A stretch of DNA of 64,000 nt from an uncultured virus (IMG/VR IMGVR_UViG_3300032116_000116) (IMGVR_UViG_3300032116_000116:1-64000), one strand, 5' to 3'; shown: positions 39,318 through 49,726, numbered from the stretch's first letter. A program made the numbers and translations. The notes: generated from the letters alone by a model not told the origin.

Positions 39318-40010
39318 ATGAAAACAAAAACAATTAAAATCCAGACAAAAAGTAAAAGAAAATCAACTTATTCAAACCACGATGGAATGTATAAGAATAG
39401 GGCTAGAATGAAGATAGTTAATACAATTAAGGAGAGTAACTTAAAAAATAGAAGAATACTATCTTTACCGGCTGATAATTGTATTATTGAAAAACAACTT
39501 TTTACGAATGTATCTAAACTGATTAAATTTGTTTTATGTGAAAACAATGAACAAGTGTATAAAAAATTGTTAATGAATATCGTTACTAGTAAAACTAGAA
39601 TCCCACATTCAATCCTTTCTGGTTCAATCGGTGATGAAATTTACAGAAGTCGGGAGAATGATTATACTGATTTAATACTTGACTATTGTGGTCAAATCGG
39701 AACATACCATAAAGAAATTGAACACGCAATTAAAAATAATATTGTGTGTGTCGGTGGAACAATATCTATGACATTCAATAAAAGAATTTCGGGAGATACT
39801 AATATGAAATTCATTGAAGAAATGGAACGACTTAACCCGAATTTTGATAAGAAAGAGGGTGAGAACAGAACAGAACCAGCCGTTATGACTTTTCTCAATC
39901 GTGTGTGTGGTATGAATTATCAAATTGTTGAAAGGTATTCGTATAGGGATGATGGGGATGATAAAAAAAGATCACCAATGATGTTGGTTATAGTTCGTAG
40001 AGTATCTTAA
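39318..40010 (+). CDS. Hypothetical protein, possibly degenerate Rossmann methyltransferase-like fold
   Basis: ILSLPA...FVLCE...DLILDYCG...GGTISMTF strand pattern. Confidence 0.55.
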   Translation: MKTKTIKIQTKSKRKSTYSNHDGMYKNRARMKIVNTIKESNLKNRRILSLPADNCIIEKQLFTNVSKLIKFVLCENNEQVYKKLLMNIVTSKTRIPHSILSGSIGDEIYRSRENDYTDLILDYCGQIGTYHKEIEHAIKNNIVCVGGTISMTFNKRISGDTNMKFIEEMERLNPNFDKKEGENRTEPAVMTFLNRVCGMNYQIVERYSYRDDGDDKKRSPMMLVIVRRVS

Positions 40011-40265
40011 CATTATCGTATTACATTTAAGGGGTATCAGAAATGATACCCTTTTTTGTTGCTGTCATCATAGCTCGATCGCAGCGCGCAACAGCTCGTG
40101 ATTTTCTGTGGCAAAATCGTATGACACAAAGTGACTTGCCACATAATATTTTACAGTATTTGGGCTGGGGTCGTGATCCGATCCTTTAACAAAAGATTAA
40201 CGTAAATTATTTGGAAATAAAACTATAATAGTTGTATATTTGTGAAACAATTAAAAACAAATATT

Positions 40266-40556
40266 ATGAACCTTTATTTAGAATTTTCAATGGACTATTC
40301 AGGGGAGTGTGAAGATTATACACTATTCCTTAACGATGAAGATAAAACCTACGATTATGATTTTGAAGATATTACCAACTACATTAAGAAGTTGGAGGAT
40401 AATGTTGAAGGGTTTTTCTTATCAGAACACAGAACATCGGGAACTATTACTATCATTGATGATGTAATGACTATTGAATTTAGAACATTCAACGAACCCG
40501 ATTGGGATGAATTTGATGACCACACAATTACCACAACCCCTATTGATTTTAATTAA
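40266..40556 (+). CDS. Highly acidic hypothetical protein
   Basis: Start taken at MNLY; D/E-rich. Confidence 0.65.
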   Translation: MNLYLEFSMDYSGECEDYTLFLNDEDKTYDYDFEDITNYIKKLEDNVEGFFLSEHRTSGTITIIDDVMTIEFRTFNEPDWDEFDDHTITTTPIDFN

Positions 40557-40631
40557 TAGGGGATAAAAATAAATTTGGTTTTTAATTAAAATAGTTTTAT
40601 CTTTGTTCTTTAATCATTAAAATTTATAATT

Positions 40632-41465
40632 ATGAAATTCGCGTCAACCGACAATCTTAATTGGACAGTTCGTCAGGAGCCTGTTCAAACCGAAAGTGGT
40701 ATCGTAATTCCTGGACAACTTGCGATAGTTCGTAACGATACGAATGTTCCTTTGTCAATTATGGCTGATGGTTATCAACCGTATCAAAATCACGAATTGG
40801 TTGAACTACTTGAAAGGGTATCAAACCAAACCGGTATGGAAATTAAAAAATCGGGGTTATTCGGGGACGGAGAGAAGGTGTTTATTCAGTTGAAGTCAAA
40901 CGACCTTAAACTCGGTAATGATAGGGTTGAAGGATATTTGACAGGTATCAATTCCTTTGATGGTTCAACATCACTCGCATTCGGACCCAGTAATGTTACT
41001 ATCAGTTGTACCAACTCGTTCTTCGCCGCGTTTCGTGGTCTTAACACAAAGGTTCGTCATACAAAAAATATGGTTGTTCGTATTGACGACATTTGTAGAA
41101 GTTTAATGGGTGTAGTTGAGGAAGAAAAGAAAATGTTTGATAACATTGTGAAGTTGTCGGAAACTCGTGTCGGAACAAAAAATGTTGATGATGTATTACG
41201 GACATTATTCAACATTGATAAAAGTGTTAATCTCAAAGATATTGAGGCGATATCAACCGTAACTCAAAATAAAATATCTCGTTTCTATGTTGATTTGAAC
41301 GGAGAAATGAAGGAGAAGGGAGATAATCTTTGGGGGTTGTTTAGTGGAGTAACTAAATACACAACTCACTCAATGAGTAAGGAAGACAATACCGAAAAGA
41401 AAATGTTTGGTGTGTACGGAAATCGTGAAAGGAAAATCTTTAACGACTTGGTTGAATTGGTATAA
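40632..41465 (+). CDS. DUF932/DUF945-like phage/plasmid protein
   Basis: LNWTV...YQPYQN...G....GEKVF...NSFDGS...CTN...RHT...LWGL...VT.Y..H. Confidence 0.8.
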   Translation: MKFASTDNLNWTVRQEPVQTESGIVIPGQLAIVRNDTNVPLSIMADGYQPYQNHELVELLERVSNQTGMEIKKSGLFGDGEKVFIQLKSNDLKLGNDRVEGYLTGINSFDGSTSLAFGPSNVTISCTNSFFAAFRGLNTKVRHTKNMVVRIDDICRSLMGVVEEEKKMFDNIVKLSETRVGTKNVDDVLRTLFNIDKSVNLKDIEAISTVTQNKISRFYVDLNGEMKEKGDNLWGLFSGVTKYTTHSMSKEDNTEKKMFGVYGNRERKIFNDLVELV

Positions 41466-41724
41466 CCCTATAAGTGAATCGTGTATAACCCCAGCAAAAA
41501 GCTGGGGTTTTTTGTTGCTTTTCACCAGCCGATCGCAACAGCGCAACAGGTGGGATTTTCTGTGGCAAGAAAATTACAGGGGAAACGACTCGCCACAGAA
41601 ATTTCAGATGACGCCGGGCTAAAAAGTTCGTAGCCCAGATCATAAAACACATTAACAAAAGATTAGCACAAATTATTTGGAAATAGAACTATAATAGTTG
41701 TATATTTGTATAAATTAAAACATT

Positions 41725-41910
41725 ATGAAAAAAGTAATCACACTATTATCAGTTGTTGTCTTATTGACAAGTTGTTCAACACAATATCAAACAACAAGTT
41801 ACAATTCGGAAAAAAGTTATACCTTTAAGAGAGGTGGTGTTCGGTATAAAATAACCGACACTTACACAAGAAAAGTTGAAACCGATACATTAACAATTAA
41901 AAAGAAATAA
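41725..41910 (+). CDS. Mini-lipoprotein
   Basis: MKKVITLLSVVVLLTSC lipobox. Confidence 0.7.
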   Translation: MKKVITLLSVVVLLTSCSTQYQTTSYNSEKSYTFKRGGVRYKITDTYTRKVETDTLTIKKK

Positions 41911-41911
41911 T

Positions 41912-42106
41912 ATGAAGTTTGATGTAATTTCCCCCGATGGTTTTTCAATTCATTTTTCCGACACTTATAGTAATAAGAAAGAAGCAAAAAAAGCTTTTGA
42001 GAAGTGGAAGAAGAATTACGAAAGACAAGGATATTATAGTTCGGTAAACTATGGTAGAATACCTTTGAACGAATTACACAACTACATTAAAATTGTTAAA
42101 CTATGA
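41912..42106 (+). CDS. Hypothetical protein
   Basis: 64 aa, operon-packed. Confidence 0.65.
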   Translation: MKFDVISPDGFSIHFSDTYSNKKEAKKAFEKWKKNYERQGYYSSVNYGRIPLNELHNYIKIVKL

Positions 42107-42564
42107 ATTTAGACAAAGCTGAGAAACTCACACTATCTTTGATGCACAAACACAATTTACGTGGTTGGAGTTTTAAGTGGGATAATTCATTGAGGAGGTT
42201 CGGTTGTTGTAGTCAAGGTAGAAAGTATATTGGGTTGTCAAGGAAATTGGTTGAGGTAAATAATGTGGAACAAGTTAAGGACACAATACTGCACGAAATT
42301 GCACACGCACTTGCGGGACCTGGTGTAGGACACGGGCAAAAGTGGAAAGATATTTGTGTTCAGATTGGTGCAAAACCCGAAAGATGTTATGATAGTGACG
42401 ACACAAACACACCCGAAATGAAGTATTACGCGGTATGTGGTGCTTGTGGTAGAAAACACGAAAAGGCAAGATTAAAACTAAAGCATGTTCGTAGGTCGTG
42501 TTTATGTCAAAGTGGTAAGGATTGGAACAATAGAGTTTTATTAGAATTTCAAACAAGATATTAA
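42103..42564 (+). CDS. SprT-like zinc metalloprotease
   Basis: TILHEIAH, HG..WK, CGAC. Confidence 0.85.
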   Translation: MNLDKAEKLTLSLMHKHNLRGWSFKWDNSLRRFGCCSQGRKYIGLSRKLVEVNNVEQVKDTILHEIAHALAGPGVGHGQKWKDICVQIGAKPERCYDSDDTNTPEMKYYAVCGACGRKHEKARLKLKHVRRSCLCQSGKDWNNRVLLEFQTRY

Positions 42565-42569
42565 TTCGT

Positions 42570-42770
42570 ATGACACCAGAACAACAAGTAAAAGAAATTC
42601 AGTTGAAGGCACAATATAGTGTACTATCGGAACTATCGGAATGTTTTGGTAAAGGTAGTAGACACGAAGCGGCAGTTAAGATTAATAAAACGATGAATGA
42701 AATTTTATACAAGTTAGAACTATTAAATTATGAGTACACACAACAGGCGAGGTCATACACGAAAGGTTAA
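42570..42770 (+). CDS. Hypothetical protein
   Basis: 66 aa. Confidence 0.55.
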   Translation: MTPEQQVKEIQLKAQYSVLSELSECFGKGSRHEAAVKINKTMNEILYKLELLNYEYTQQARSYTKG

Positions 42771-43048
42771 AGTTAAAGGAGCCGTTAAGTGTATAAAGAT
42801 TAAACCGACAAAAGTTAAAAAGAAAAAGTAACCCAGAGAAATCTGGGTTTTTTGTTGCTTTTCACCAGCTGATCGCAGCGCAAACGCAGCTCGGATTTTC
42901 TGTGGCAGGATCGACACACTTGCCACAGAATATTTTCCTGATCCCGGACATCTTTTTCTTCAGAAATCCTTTAACAAAAGATTAGCACAAATTATTTGGA
43001 AATAGAACTATAATAGTTGTATATTTGTCTAAACAAAAACAAATCACA

Positions 43049-43270
43049 ATGGCTATCAAAAGTAAAAACTCAAAGAAATCAAAACTTGAAATTGACTTAA
43101 CTGGTCCAGATGGTAACGCCTTCGTTCTTATCGGTATCGCGGGTAACTTATCAAAACAATTAGGTTTGGATAAAAGTAAAATACAATCCGAAATGATGAA
43201 AGGTGATTATGAAAACTTGATAAAAGTTTTTGACAAACATTTTGGAAAATTCGTAACTTTATATCGTTAA
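43049..43270 (+). CDS. Conserved phage hypothetical protein
   Basis: IDLTGPDGNAF.L.G...GDY; start taken at MAIK. Confidence 0.7.
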   Translation: MAIKSKNSKKSKLEIDLTGPDGNAFVLIGIAGNLSKQLGLDKSKIQSEMMKGDYENLIKVFDKHFGKFVTLYR

Positions 43271-43284
43271 TAAAACTATTTCAA

Positions 43285-43611
43285 ATGAGAGTAACAAATT
43301 TAACAGGGGCTATTGTCCTAATAAAAATACAACACAAGGTTGATGTTGTTCCTTCAAATATCAAAGGGTTTAAGTGGCATATTCCAGAAATGGATGATGA
43401 TGGTGGTGTCCATATTGAAACTGATGAAGACCTTATTAAATTATCAAATGAAATTTGTGATTTTGATAAATTGATTGATGAAGTCATTGAACAAATTAAA
43501 CACGACATCAATGTAAGTGAGGATTTTACCGCAATTGACGAACTATTAAGAACGGTTCCAGTTATCAACTTAATAAATTATTTACCCGAAACAATACAAC
43601 AAGGAAAATGA
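43285..43611 (+). CDS. Hypothetical protein
   Basis: 108 aa. Confidence 0.6.
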   Translation: MRVTNLTGAIVLIKIQHKVDVVPSNIKGFKWHIPEMDDDGGVHIETDEDLIKLSNEICDFDKLIDEVIEQIKHDINVSEDFTAIDELLRTVPVINLINYLPETIQQGK

Positions 43612-43820
43612 GAACAATAACAATTCATATCATTGATAGAGATAGTTCACGAACTATGAGTGAAAGTATCAGGGTTGATGGTGTTAAACCGATAGACCTT
43701 GAAAACAATATTGTTAAATTACTTTCCGATGTTCCTTTCCGTAAATACTATATGGAAACTGAAACAAGTGATGAATTAACAAAGGAAGAATTGGAAGTTA
43801 TTGAAAGGATCATTAACTAA
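43608..43820 (+). CDS. Hypothetical protein
   Basis: 70 aa, translationally coupled. Confidence 0.6.
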   Translation: MRTITIHIIDRDSSRTMSESIRVDGVKPIDLENNIVKLLSDVPFRKYYMETETSDELTKEELEVIERIIN

Positions 43821-43881
43821 ATTTTAACAAAAATTATTTGGAAATAGAAAGTATTACATTGTATATTTGTAAAAAAATCGT

Positions 43882-44013
43882 ATGACACTACAAGAATTAA
43901 AAGAACAACTACAAGAAGATTTAATCTCACACTTGGAGGAATTAATCTCACAAGAAGATTTAGACATCGTTTGTAATATAGTAATCAATAATGTTAATCA
44001 ATTAAAACAATAA
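43882..44013 (+). CDS. Small hypothetical protein (43 aa)
   Basis: Own translation MTLQELKEQLQEDL...; after a promoter. Confidence 0.55.
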   Translation: MTLQELKEQLQEDLISHLEELISQEDLDIVCNIVINNVNQLKQ

Positions 44014-44015
44014 CA

Positions 44016-44564
44016 ATGGGAGCAACAGATTTCAGAACAACAAAAAGAGGTTGGTCAATGTCCGAAGCGTATGACACCGCAGTTGAATATGCGAGAGACG
44101 AATATGGAAACGATGGTTACAACGGAACAATATCCACAACTCGTGGGGTTATTGATAAGACCTCAATGTTTAAGTCATCAAAACTTTCTATTGATGAATT
44201 TATTAACAAACATATTGATAGTTGTCAGAAGTGGGGTTCGGCTTGGGGAGTATGTATTGAAGAACCGACACAAAATAAATCTAAGATAAAATCTAAGGTT
44301 ACAAACATTGTAAGTAAGGGAACGAAGAAATGGGAGTTGGTTTATGATGTGATTGTTCGTGGAGATAGTGTTAAGTCATTCAATAGTAAGAACGATGCGG
44401 TTAAACATGGTCGTGATTTGGTTGAGAAGAGTAAAGGAAGAGTATCAATAGAAATGAGGAAGAAACTTGTTAATGGTAACACAAGGGTTGCGGAGATCGA
44501 ATATAAAACCGATGGAAAAGAAAAAGAGGGTAAGTATGTTTTCTTCGGAATTGCAGCATGTTAA
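44016..44564 (+). CDS. Conserved phage hypothetical protein
   Basis: MGA..F...EYGNDGYNGTIS...FFGIAAC. Confidence 0.75.
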   Translation: MGATDFRTTKRGWSMSEAYDTAVEYARDEYGNDGYNGTISTTRGVIDKTSMFKSSKLSIDEFINKHIDSCQKWGSAWGVCIEEPTQNKSKIKSKVTNIVSKGTKKWELVYDVIVRGDSVKSFNSKNDAVKHGRDLVEKSKGRVSIEMRKKLVNGNTRVAEIEYKTDGKEKEGKYVFFGIAAC

Positions 44565-44667
44565 CAAAACTTTAAGAAAATAAATTTGGAAAACTAATAT
44601 AATAGTTATATCTTTGTTACTCATTACTAATCTAACTCGGGGACAGGAGTTCTGAACAAATTATCTT

Positions 44668-45411
44668 ATGAATAAGTTTCATGGAAAAAAAGTAGGAGAA
44701 ATCTTTGAGACAAAAGATTATTCAATTTTCAAATTCAGAGAGGACAATCGTCCAATCATTCCAAACCATGTTAAGAAGTTAGCGAAGAGAATGTCTGAAC
44801 GTGGTTGGTTACCAACATCAGTTGTCACTATTAATGGAAGTGGTGATATTATTGATGGACAAAATCGTGTGACCGCAGCGATGAGTGTTGGTTGTCCGAT
44901 TCGTTACAAAGTAGTGAAAGGAGCAGGAAGTGATGAAATGACGGAAATGAATACACTACAAAAGAATTGGTCTCCGTTTGACCACTTACACAAGTTCGTT
45001 GTGAAGGGTAATAAGAATTATGTTGTATTCAATAATTTCATTACCGACTATCCAATGTATAAGTACACCGAAGTCGCGATGTTTCTCAACAACTCAATGT
45101 CAAGTGTGAAGAGAGATACTTTTGAAAGTGGTGAATATGTTGTAAAGAACGAGAAGAAAGCTCGTGAGTGGGCTAACAACATTCTTGAACTCAAACCTTA
45201 CTTTGAGAAGTATTACAACAAGTCAATCTTTGTGAGGGCGATGGTGAAGATTATGTCAAATAAGAAAGACTTTGTTTTTGAAGAGTTTTTACACAAAGTA
45301 AAGTTGAGACCAATGAAGTTAGTTCCGTGTGGAACGGTGGAACAATATGTGGAAATGATTGAGGGTATCTACAACTACATGAGAAAGGATAAAGTGAATT
45401 TAAGGTTTTGA
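44668..45411 (+). CDS. ParB/Srx N-terminal-domain protein
   Basis: NR.I...HV..L...IIDGQNR..A. Confidence 0.75.
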   Translation: MNKFHGKKVGEIFETKDYSIFKFREDNRPIIPNHVKKLAKRMSERGWLPTSVVTINGSGDIIDGQNRVTAAMSVGCPIRYKVVKGAGSDEMTEMNTLQKNWSPFDHLHKFVVKGNKNYVVFNNFITDYPMYKYTEVAMFLNNSMSSVKRDTFESGEYVVKNEKKAREWANNILELKPYFEKYYNKSIFVRAMVKIMSNKKDFVFEEFLHKVKLRPMKLVPCGTVEQYVEMIEGIYNYMRKDKVNLRF

Positions 45412-45597
45412 GTTAGATAGTAAGTGTGAACAAAGACCACTCCGAAAGGGGTGGTTTTTTTTGTTACGAACTCAGAATCTGCGGTCCTGAAGACGACGGG
45501 GAAATTTTCTGTGGCAGGATCAAACTCTTTAACAAAACATTATGAAAATAAATTTGGAAATAGAAAGTATTATATTGTATATTTGAAAAAAAACATT

Positions 45598-46008
45598 ATG
45601 ATTGAAATGATTAAATCGGAATTGAAGTGGAGAGGAAAAGAAACCTACTCAATAGAAGAAATTATTGAAGTCATTGAGAAGTATAATAAAAAAGAAGAAA
45701 CTCATAGAGTTGAAAGTTGTGGGTTTGTTGCCGATATGGAAACCAGACAAATAACTATTGACGATAAAAAACACAACCTACCAAAAAAAGAATTTTTGAT
45801 TATTCATTACCTTATGGAAAATAAAAACAAGGTATTGAATAGAGATAAGATACTAAATAAAATTTGGGAAGATGATGTGATTGTAATAAACAGAACTATT
45901 GATGTTCACATCAGGAGAATTAGAAATAAATTTCCAACAATTCCAATTAGAACAATTAAGGGAGTTGGATATACTTGGAGTGATAGAGAGACTTTAACAA
46001 ATGTTTAA
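45598..46008 (+). CDS. OmpR/PhoB-type winged-helix DNA-binding protein without receiver domain
   Basis: L..KEF....YL..N..KVL.R..IL..IW......RTIDVHIRRIR.K...I.TI.GVGY. Confidence 0.9.
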   Translation: MIEMIKSELKWRGKETYSIEEIIEVIEKYNKKEETHRVESCGFVADMETRQITIDDKKHNLPKKEFLIIHYLMENKNKVLNRDKILNKIWEDDVIVINRTIDVHIRRIRNKFPTIPIRTIKGVGYTWSDRETLTNV

Positions 46009-46064
46009 CATAAATTATTTGGAGGTATAATGTTTTAAGTTGTATATTTGTAAAAATTAAAATT

Positions 46065-46295
46065 ATGGTAACTTTACACGAAGAAAAATTTATGGACTAT
46101 AAAATCGGTTTAGCCGGTTCGTTCAAACAATCACTTTACGAAACCTTTTTCAAAGGAGATACGGAGAACAGAAAGAAGTTAATGTCTGTTTTTCCCGAAC
46201 TTGAAGTCGCTCAAAGATACGCCTCCGAAAGTGGTTATTGGAAAGGACTTGTGGAGAGATATAATAAACAATACAACACAAACTATAACCCATAA
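46065..46295 (+). CDS. Hypothetical protein
   Basis: GSF...L.....D..N...L...FPE; promoter upstream. Confidence 0.7.
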   Translation: MVTLHEEKFMDYKIGLAGSFKQSLYETFFKGDTENRKKLMSVFPELEVAQRYASESGYWKGLVERYNKQYNTNYNP

Positions 46296-46301
46296 AATAA
46301 T

Positions 46302-46460
46302 ATGCCAACAAGAGAACAAACAGACAAAGTTTTCACTGAATTGATAAGTTTATATGACATCGCCGATGAACTTGAAAACAATGGCGAAGAAGAAAAATCA
46401 ATCGAAATGAGAATTAAACTCAACATTATCGGACAATTTATTCAATCATTAATAAAATAA
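46302..46460 (+). CDS. Small hypothetical protein (52 aa)
   Basis: Own translation; operon-packed. Confidence 0.55.
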   Translation: MPTREQTDKVFTELISLYDIADELENNGEEEKSIEMRIKLNIIGQFIQSLIK

Positions 46461-46461
46461 A

Positions 46462-46659
46462 ATGAAATCACAACAAGTTTTTATTGTAATGTACAATGAC
46501 CGATATGGTAACGGAGACCAGAAGAAAATAGAGGTGGTATTAAAAGATGAAAAAGATTTTAAGAAGTGGTTGAAGAACCATAACTACGATAGGGATGCAG
46601 AACCCGAAACAAAAGAAGAATTTGATTTAATTCCAGTTAACCTTTTAACTTTTGATTAA
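46462..46659 (+). CDS. Hypothetical protein
   Basis: 65 aa. Confidence 0.6.
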   Translation: MKSQQVFIVMYNDRYGNGDQKKIEVVLKDEKDFKKWLKNHNYDRDAEPETKEEFDLIPVNLLTFD

Positions 46660-46696
46660 CGATTATTATATTATCTTTACAAATAAAAAAAATTGT

Positions 46697-46960
46697 ATGA
46701 CAACACAACAATTCAACGAGAAGTACAAAGATTACTTGGAGGAAGGACACTATGGTTTAGCCATAGGTGCTGGAGAATTTGTAGAATGGTTAGATAAAAA
46801 GTTTGAGGACTTTGTTAAGAAACCCGGTTTTAGATTTACACAGATTAAAGCGAAATTCGGTTATGGTAGATTTTACGCCGAAGGTTTAACAAGTGATGAA
46901 GTTCGTGAAGTGGAACAGAGAATTACAGATTTACATTCAGGTACAAAATTAGAATTTTAA
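46697..46960 (+). CDS. Hypothetical protein
   Basis: QIKAKFG..RFY; start taken at MTTQQ. Confidence 0.65.
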   Translation: MTTQQFNEKYKDYLEEGHYGLAIGAGEFVEWLDKKFEDFVKKPGFRFTQIKAKFGYGRFYAEGLTSDEVREVEQRITDLHSGTKLEF

Positions 46961-46962
46961 TT

Positions 46963-47205
46963 ATGGCAAGAGTATCAAAATTAGCACAAAGACAAACCTA
47001 TTCAAACGGACATCAAATTTGTGTTGGATTGACTGGTGATATTGGTTATATATCTATTGAAGATAATAACCTTTATCCCGAAGGTGATAGTCGAGCAGAT
47101 AGAAGGGATATGAATTTTAATAGGATAATGGTTCCCGTTATGACAAGGGAAGACCTTAAAGATTTACAGACCGCTATTGGTGAAGTATTAAAAAACTCAA
47201 AATAA
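46963..47205 (+). CDS. Hypothetical protein
   Basis: 80 aa. Confidence 0.6.
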   Translation: MARVSKLAQRQTYSNGHQICVGLTGDIGYISIEDNNLYPEGDSRADRRDMNFNRIMVPVMTREDLKDLQTAIGEVLKNSK

Positions 47206-47489
47206 TGTCATACACAATAGATAAAATAATTCCAGTCAAATACGAATGGGATGATAAATGGACGGTAACCGCAGATCTTCGTGGACTTGAAACCTTTGAG
47301 AACTGCGAAAGTAATTATGATGTGGTTGAAAGATTAAAAGATAATAATGTCCTTTCAAGTAAAACTAGTGAGGATAGTGAATATTGTCAATTCTTTGCAT
47401 ATTTCAGTACAAAGAAAGCGGCAGAGAACTTTATCAAAAGATTAGGAACTTATATTGAAAAAAGAAAAAAATTAATATCATCTTTGTAA
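47205..47489 (+). CDS. Hypothetical protein
   Basis: 94 aa. Confidence 0.65.
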   Translation: MSYTIDKIIPVKYEWDDKWTVTADLRGLETFENCESNYDVVERLKDNNVLSSKTSEDSEYCQFFAYFSTKKAAENFIKRLGTYIEKRKKLISSL

Positions 47490-47490
47490 T

Positions 47491-47721
47491 ATGGAAATTT
47501 TAACATTTAGAGAATGGAGTGAGAACTTTGTAAAAGTTATCTTTGATTTAGAGGGTGGAGTAGAAATCAAATCATTTAACAAAACAATTCTTAAAGTAAA
47601 AACCCCAAAGATTGTTAATGGTTTGTTAGAAGAACAAAGTAAAATGTTGTTGAAACATTACACCGATAACTTTGATAAAATACAAAGTCAGTATCAAGAA
47701 TTATTAAACGAAGTTATATGA
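47491..47721 (+). CDS. Hypothetical protein
   Basis: 76 aa. Confidence 0.6.
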   Translation: MEILTFREWSENFVKVIFDLEGGVEIKSFNKTILKVKTPKIVNGLLEEQSKMLLKHYTDNFDKIQSQYQELLNEVI

Positions 47722-48053
47722 CCGCACACCACATAGCAAAAGTTGTTCAAAGTCAATTCGATAAAGTAGATTTCGACGCCATCATTGATAAGTGGAAACA
47801 CATTAAAAGAGAGGATTGTGGTAGAGTATCAGATGAATGGGTTAATACAAGGATTGATGATAAACAATACTATAAGTGGATGAGGGCGTGTTCCTTATTA
47901 GAGGAACATATTAAAAGGAACTTTGAAACCTTTGAAGAAACTGAATTGGTTTATACTTGGGCGAAAGACCTTTGTATTCAAAAGAACAATGAATTAAATA
48001 GGTGGCGTCAGTTTGGTGCGTATCAAACATTTTCTCAATTTAGAAAGAGATAA
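47718..48053 (+). CDS. Hypothetical protein
   Basis: 111 aa; terminator follows. Confidence 0.65.
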   Translation: MTAHHIAKVVQSQFDKVDFDAIIDKWKHIKREDCGRVSDEWVNTRIDDKQYYKWMRACSLLEEHIKRNFETFEETELVYTWAKDLCIQKNNELNRWRQFGAYQTFSQFRKR

Positions 48054-48327
48054 TATGAGAAACCTAATCTGTACCTTTTTAACCCCGACATAATGTTGGG
48101 GTTTTTTGTTGCTTGAACTTTGCTGGTCCTGTGCGCAACAGGTGAGATATTCTGTGGCAGACTAAACACACTCGCCACAGAAATTTCAGATGACCGGGGT
48201 CAGGACAGTTTCAGGGTAAAACTATTTATATCTGTTAAGAAAATTTTAACAAAATAAATTTGGAAATACAAAGAAATAAGTTGTATATTTGTAATGTCAT
48301 TTAATTATTAACTCAAAACTTTTTCAA

Positions 48328-48597
48328 ATGAAAAGTAAAGTAAAAAAACAAAAACACACCCTACTCAAAGGAGAGGGAGCAAACCAACACACTCTTTACG
48401 GAGAGTTTAAGATTGATGAAGAAAAGTCCTTTGCAACATTGGAAGTAACAAAGGATAGTGTATTAAAACACGAACAACCTGACGGAAGTTTCTCAAACGA
48501 ACATCAAGCCTTAAAGATTGACAAAGGTAATTGGGTTATGGGAAAACAAGTTGAGTACAATCCGTTTTCTCGTTCAGTAAGTCAAGTTTGGGACTAA
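48328..48597 (+). CDS. Conserved phage hypothetical protein
   Basis: L..GE....H...L.HE...EH......G.W....Q.EY.P. Confidence 0.7.
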   Translation: MKSKVKKQKHTLLKGEGANQHTLYGEFKIDEEKSFATLEVTKDSVLKHEQPDGSFSNEHQALKIDKGNWVMGKQVEYNPFSRSVSQVWD

Positions 48598-48623
48598 TTT
48601 ATTCACACACTAAATCAACTCAA

Positions 48624-49028
48624 ATGGCAAATCCGTTAATTCATTCTAAATCCAGTGTTAAACGCTGGGGTGGAAAGGTAGAAGATTATTTACCTATTCA
48701 CGAACTTATTGATAGTCCAAAAATGACTATGAATAATAATAGTGCGAGGTTACTTACTCACAATACCTGGTTCGCATACCACATTGTTCCGAAAATCTTT
48801 GGTTACAACATTGTTAATTCTGACGGAAAGTCCGTTGATGTTGTAGATATTGCGATGTTACATATTGCAGAAGATTTCCGAATGAAGTTTGTACCGACAC
48901 CACAGGACTATCTTAAACATTTAGAAGTCCAACCCTGGATGAATAATGGAGTTAAGCCCGTTGATAATCCCGAAGCGTACGAAATTGTTAAAAACTTAAA
49001 TCAAAAATTACACGATTATGCAAACTAA
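48624..49028 (+). CDS. DUF6915-like protein
   Basis: MANP..HS.SSV.RWGG..EDY..IH...DS.K...H...HI.ED...PT..DY. Confidence 0.65.
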   Translation: MANPLIHSKSSVKRWGGKVEDYLPIHELIDSPKMTMNNNSARLLTHNTWFAYHIVPKIFGYNIVNSDGKSVDVVDIAMLHIAEDFRMKFVPTPQDYLKHLEVQPWMNNGVKPVDNPEAYEIVKNLNQKLHDYAN

Positions 49029-49698
49029 TGAAGCAGTAAAACTCTGGAAGGAGTTAGGTATTACACACGCAAATATGGAGTTCAGTTGTGGTGGAGATAG
49101 TATGAATGACTACCACTTTACTTTCTACAAGAAAAACGATAGTAAGAAAAAGAATGTCCCCGAAGAAATTGAGGTTAATAGTCCCGAATTGGAAAGTTAC
49201 TTTGACAAAGAAGTGTTTGATGAAGTTGAGTTTTATGTAAACTCTGACGGACACTACATTGGGGAGCACGGAAATGTTTATATTGAATTAGATGATAGTG
49301 ATGAAGATGAAGAAGAACATACTTTCATTTATTCAAAAAGTGCCAAAAGTGAGTGGTCGGAGAGAATTGAAGAAACAATGGAAATCAAATTATCAAAGAA
49401 GATGTCTAAATTTGTTTCGGAGTATGTTAGTAACATTAACGGAGAAGAAGGGAATTGTACTATCAATTTCAAAAAAGATTTCATAATGTCTGACGAACAA
49501 GAAAAGTTGGTGGGAGAATTGGAAGAAATTGTATTACAAGAAACCGCAGACTTTGAGCCTTCCTATGATGAAGGGGAGAAAGAAGATTACTATACTTTCA
49601 CAACAAATGACGGAGATGATAGAGAAGAATTAACTATCAAAGATGATAAGTTGTTGGTATCTGTTGGAACTTCGTTTATCATTTACAAAGAAGATTAA
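49018..49698 (+). CDS. Acidic DUF6878-like protein
   Basis: GI......FSCGGDS motif; very D/E-rich. Confidence 0.6.
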   Translation: MQTNEAVKLWKELGITHANMEFSCGGDSMNDYHFTFYKKNDSKKKNVPEEIEVNSPELESYFDKEVFDEVEFYVNSDGHYIGEHGNVYIELDDSDEDEEEHTFIYSKSAKSEWSERIEETMEIKLSKKMSKFVSEYVSNINGEEGNCTINFKKDFIMSDEQEKLVGELEEIVLQETADFEPSYDEGEKEDYYTFTTNDGDDREELTIKDDKLLVSVGTSFIIYKED

Positions 49699-49726
49699 AT
49701 TATTAACAAATTAAATTAAATCAGTT

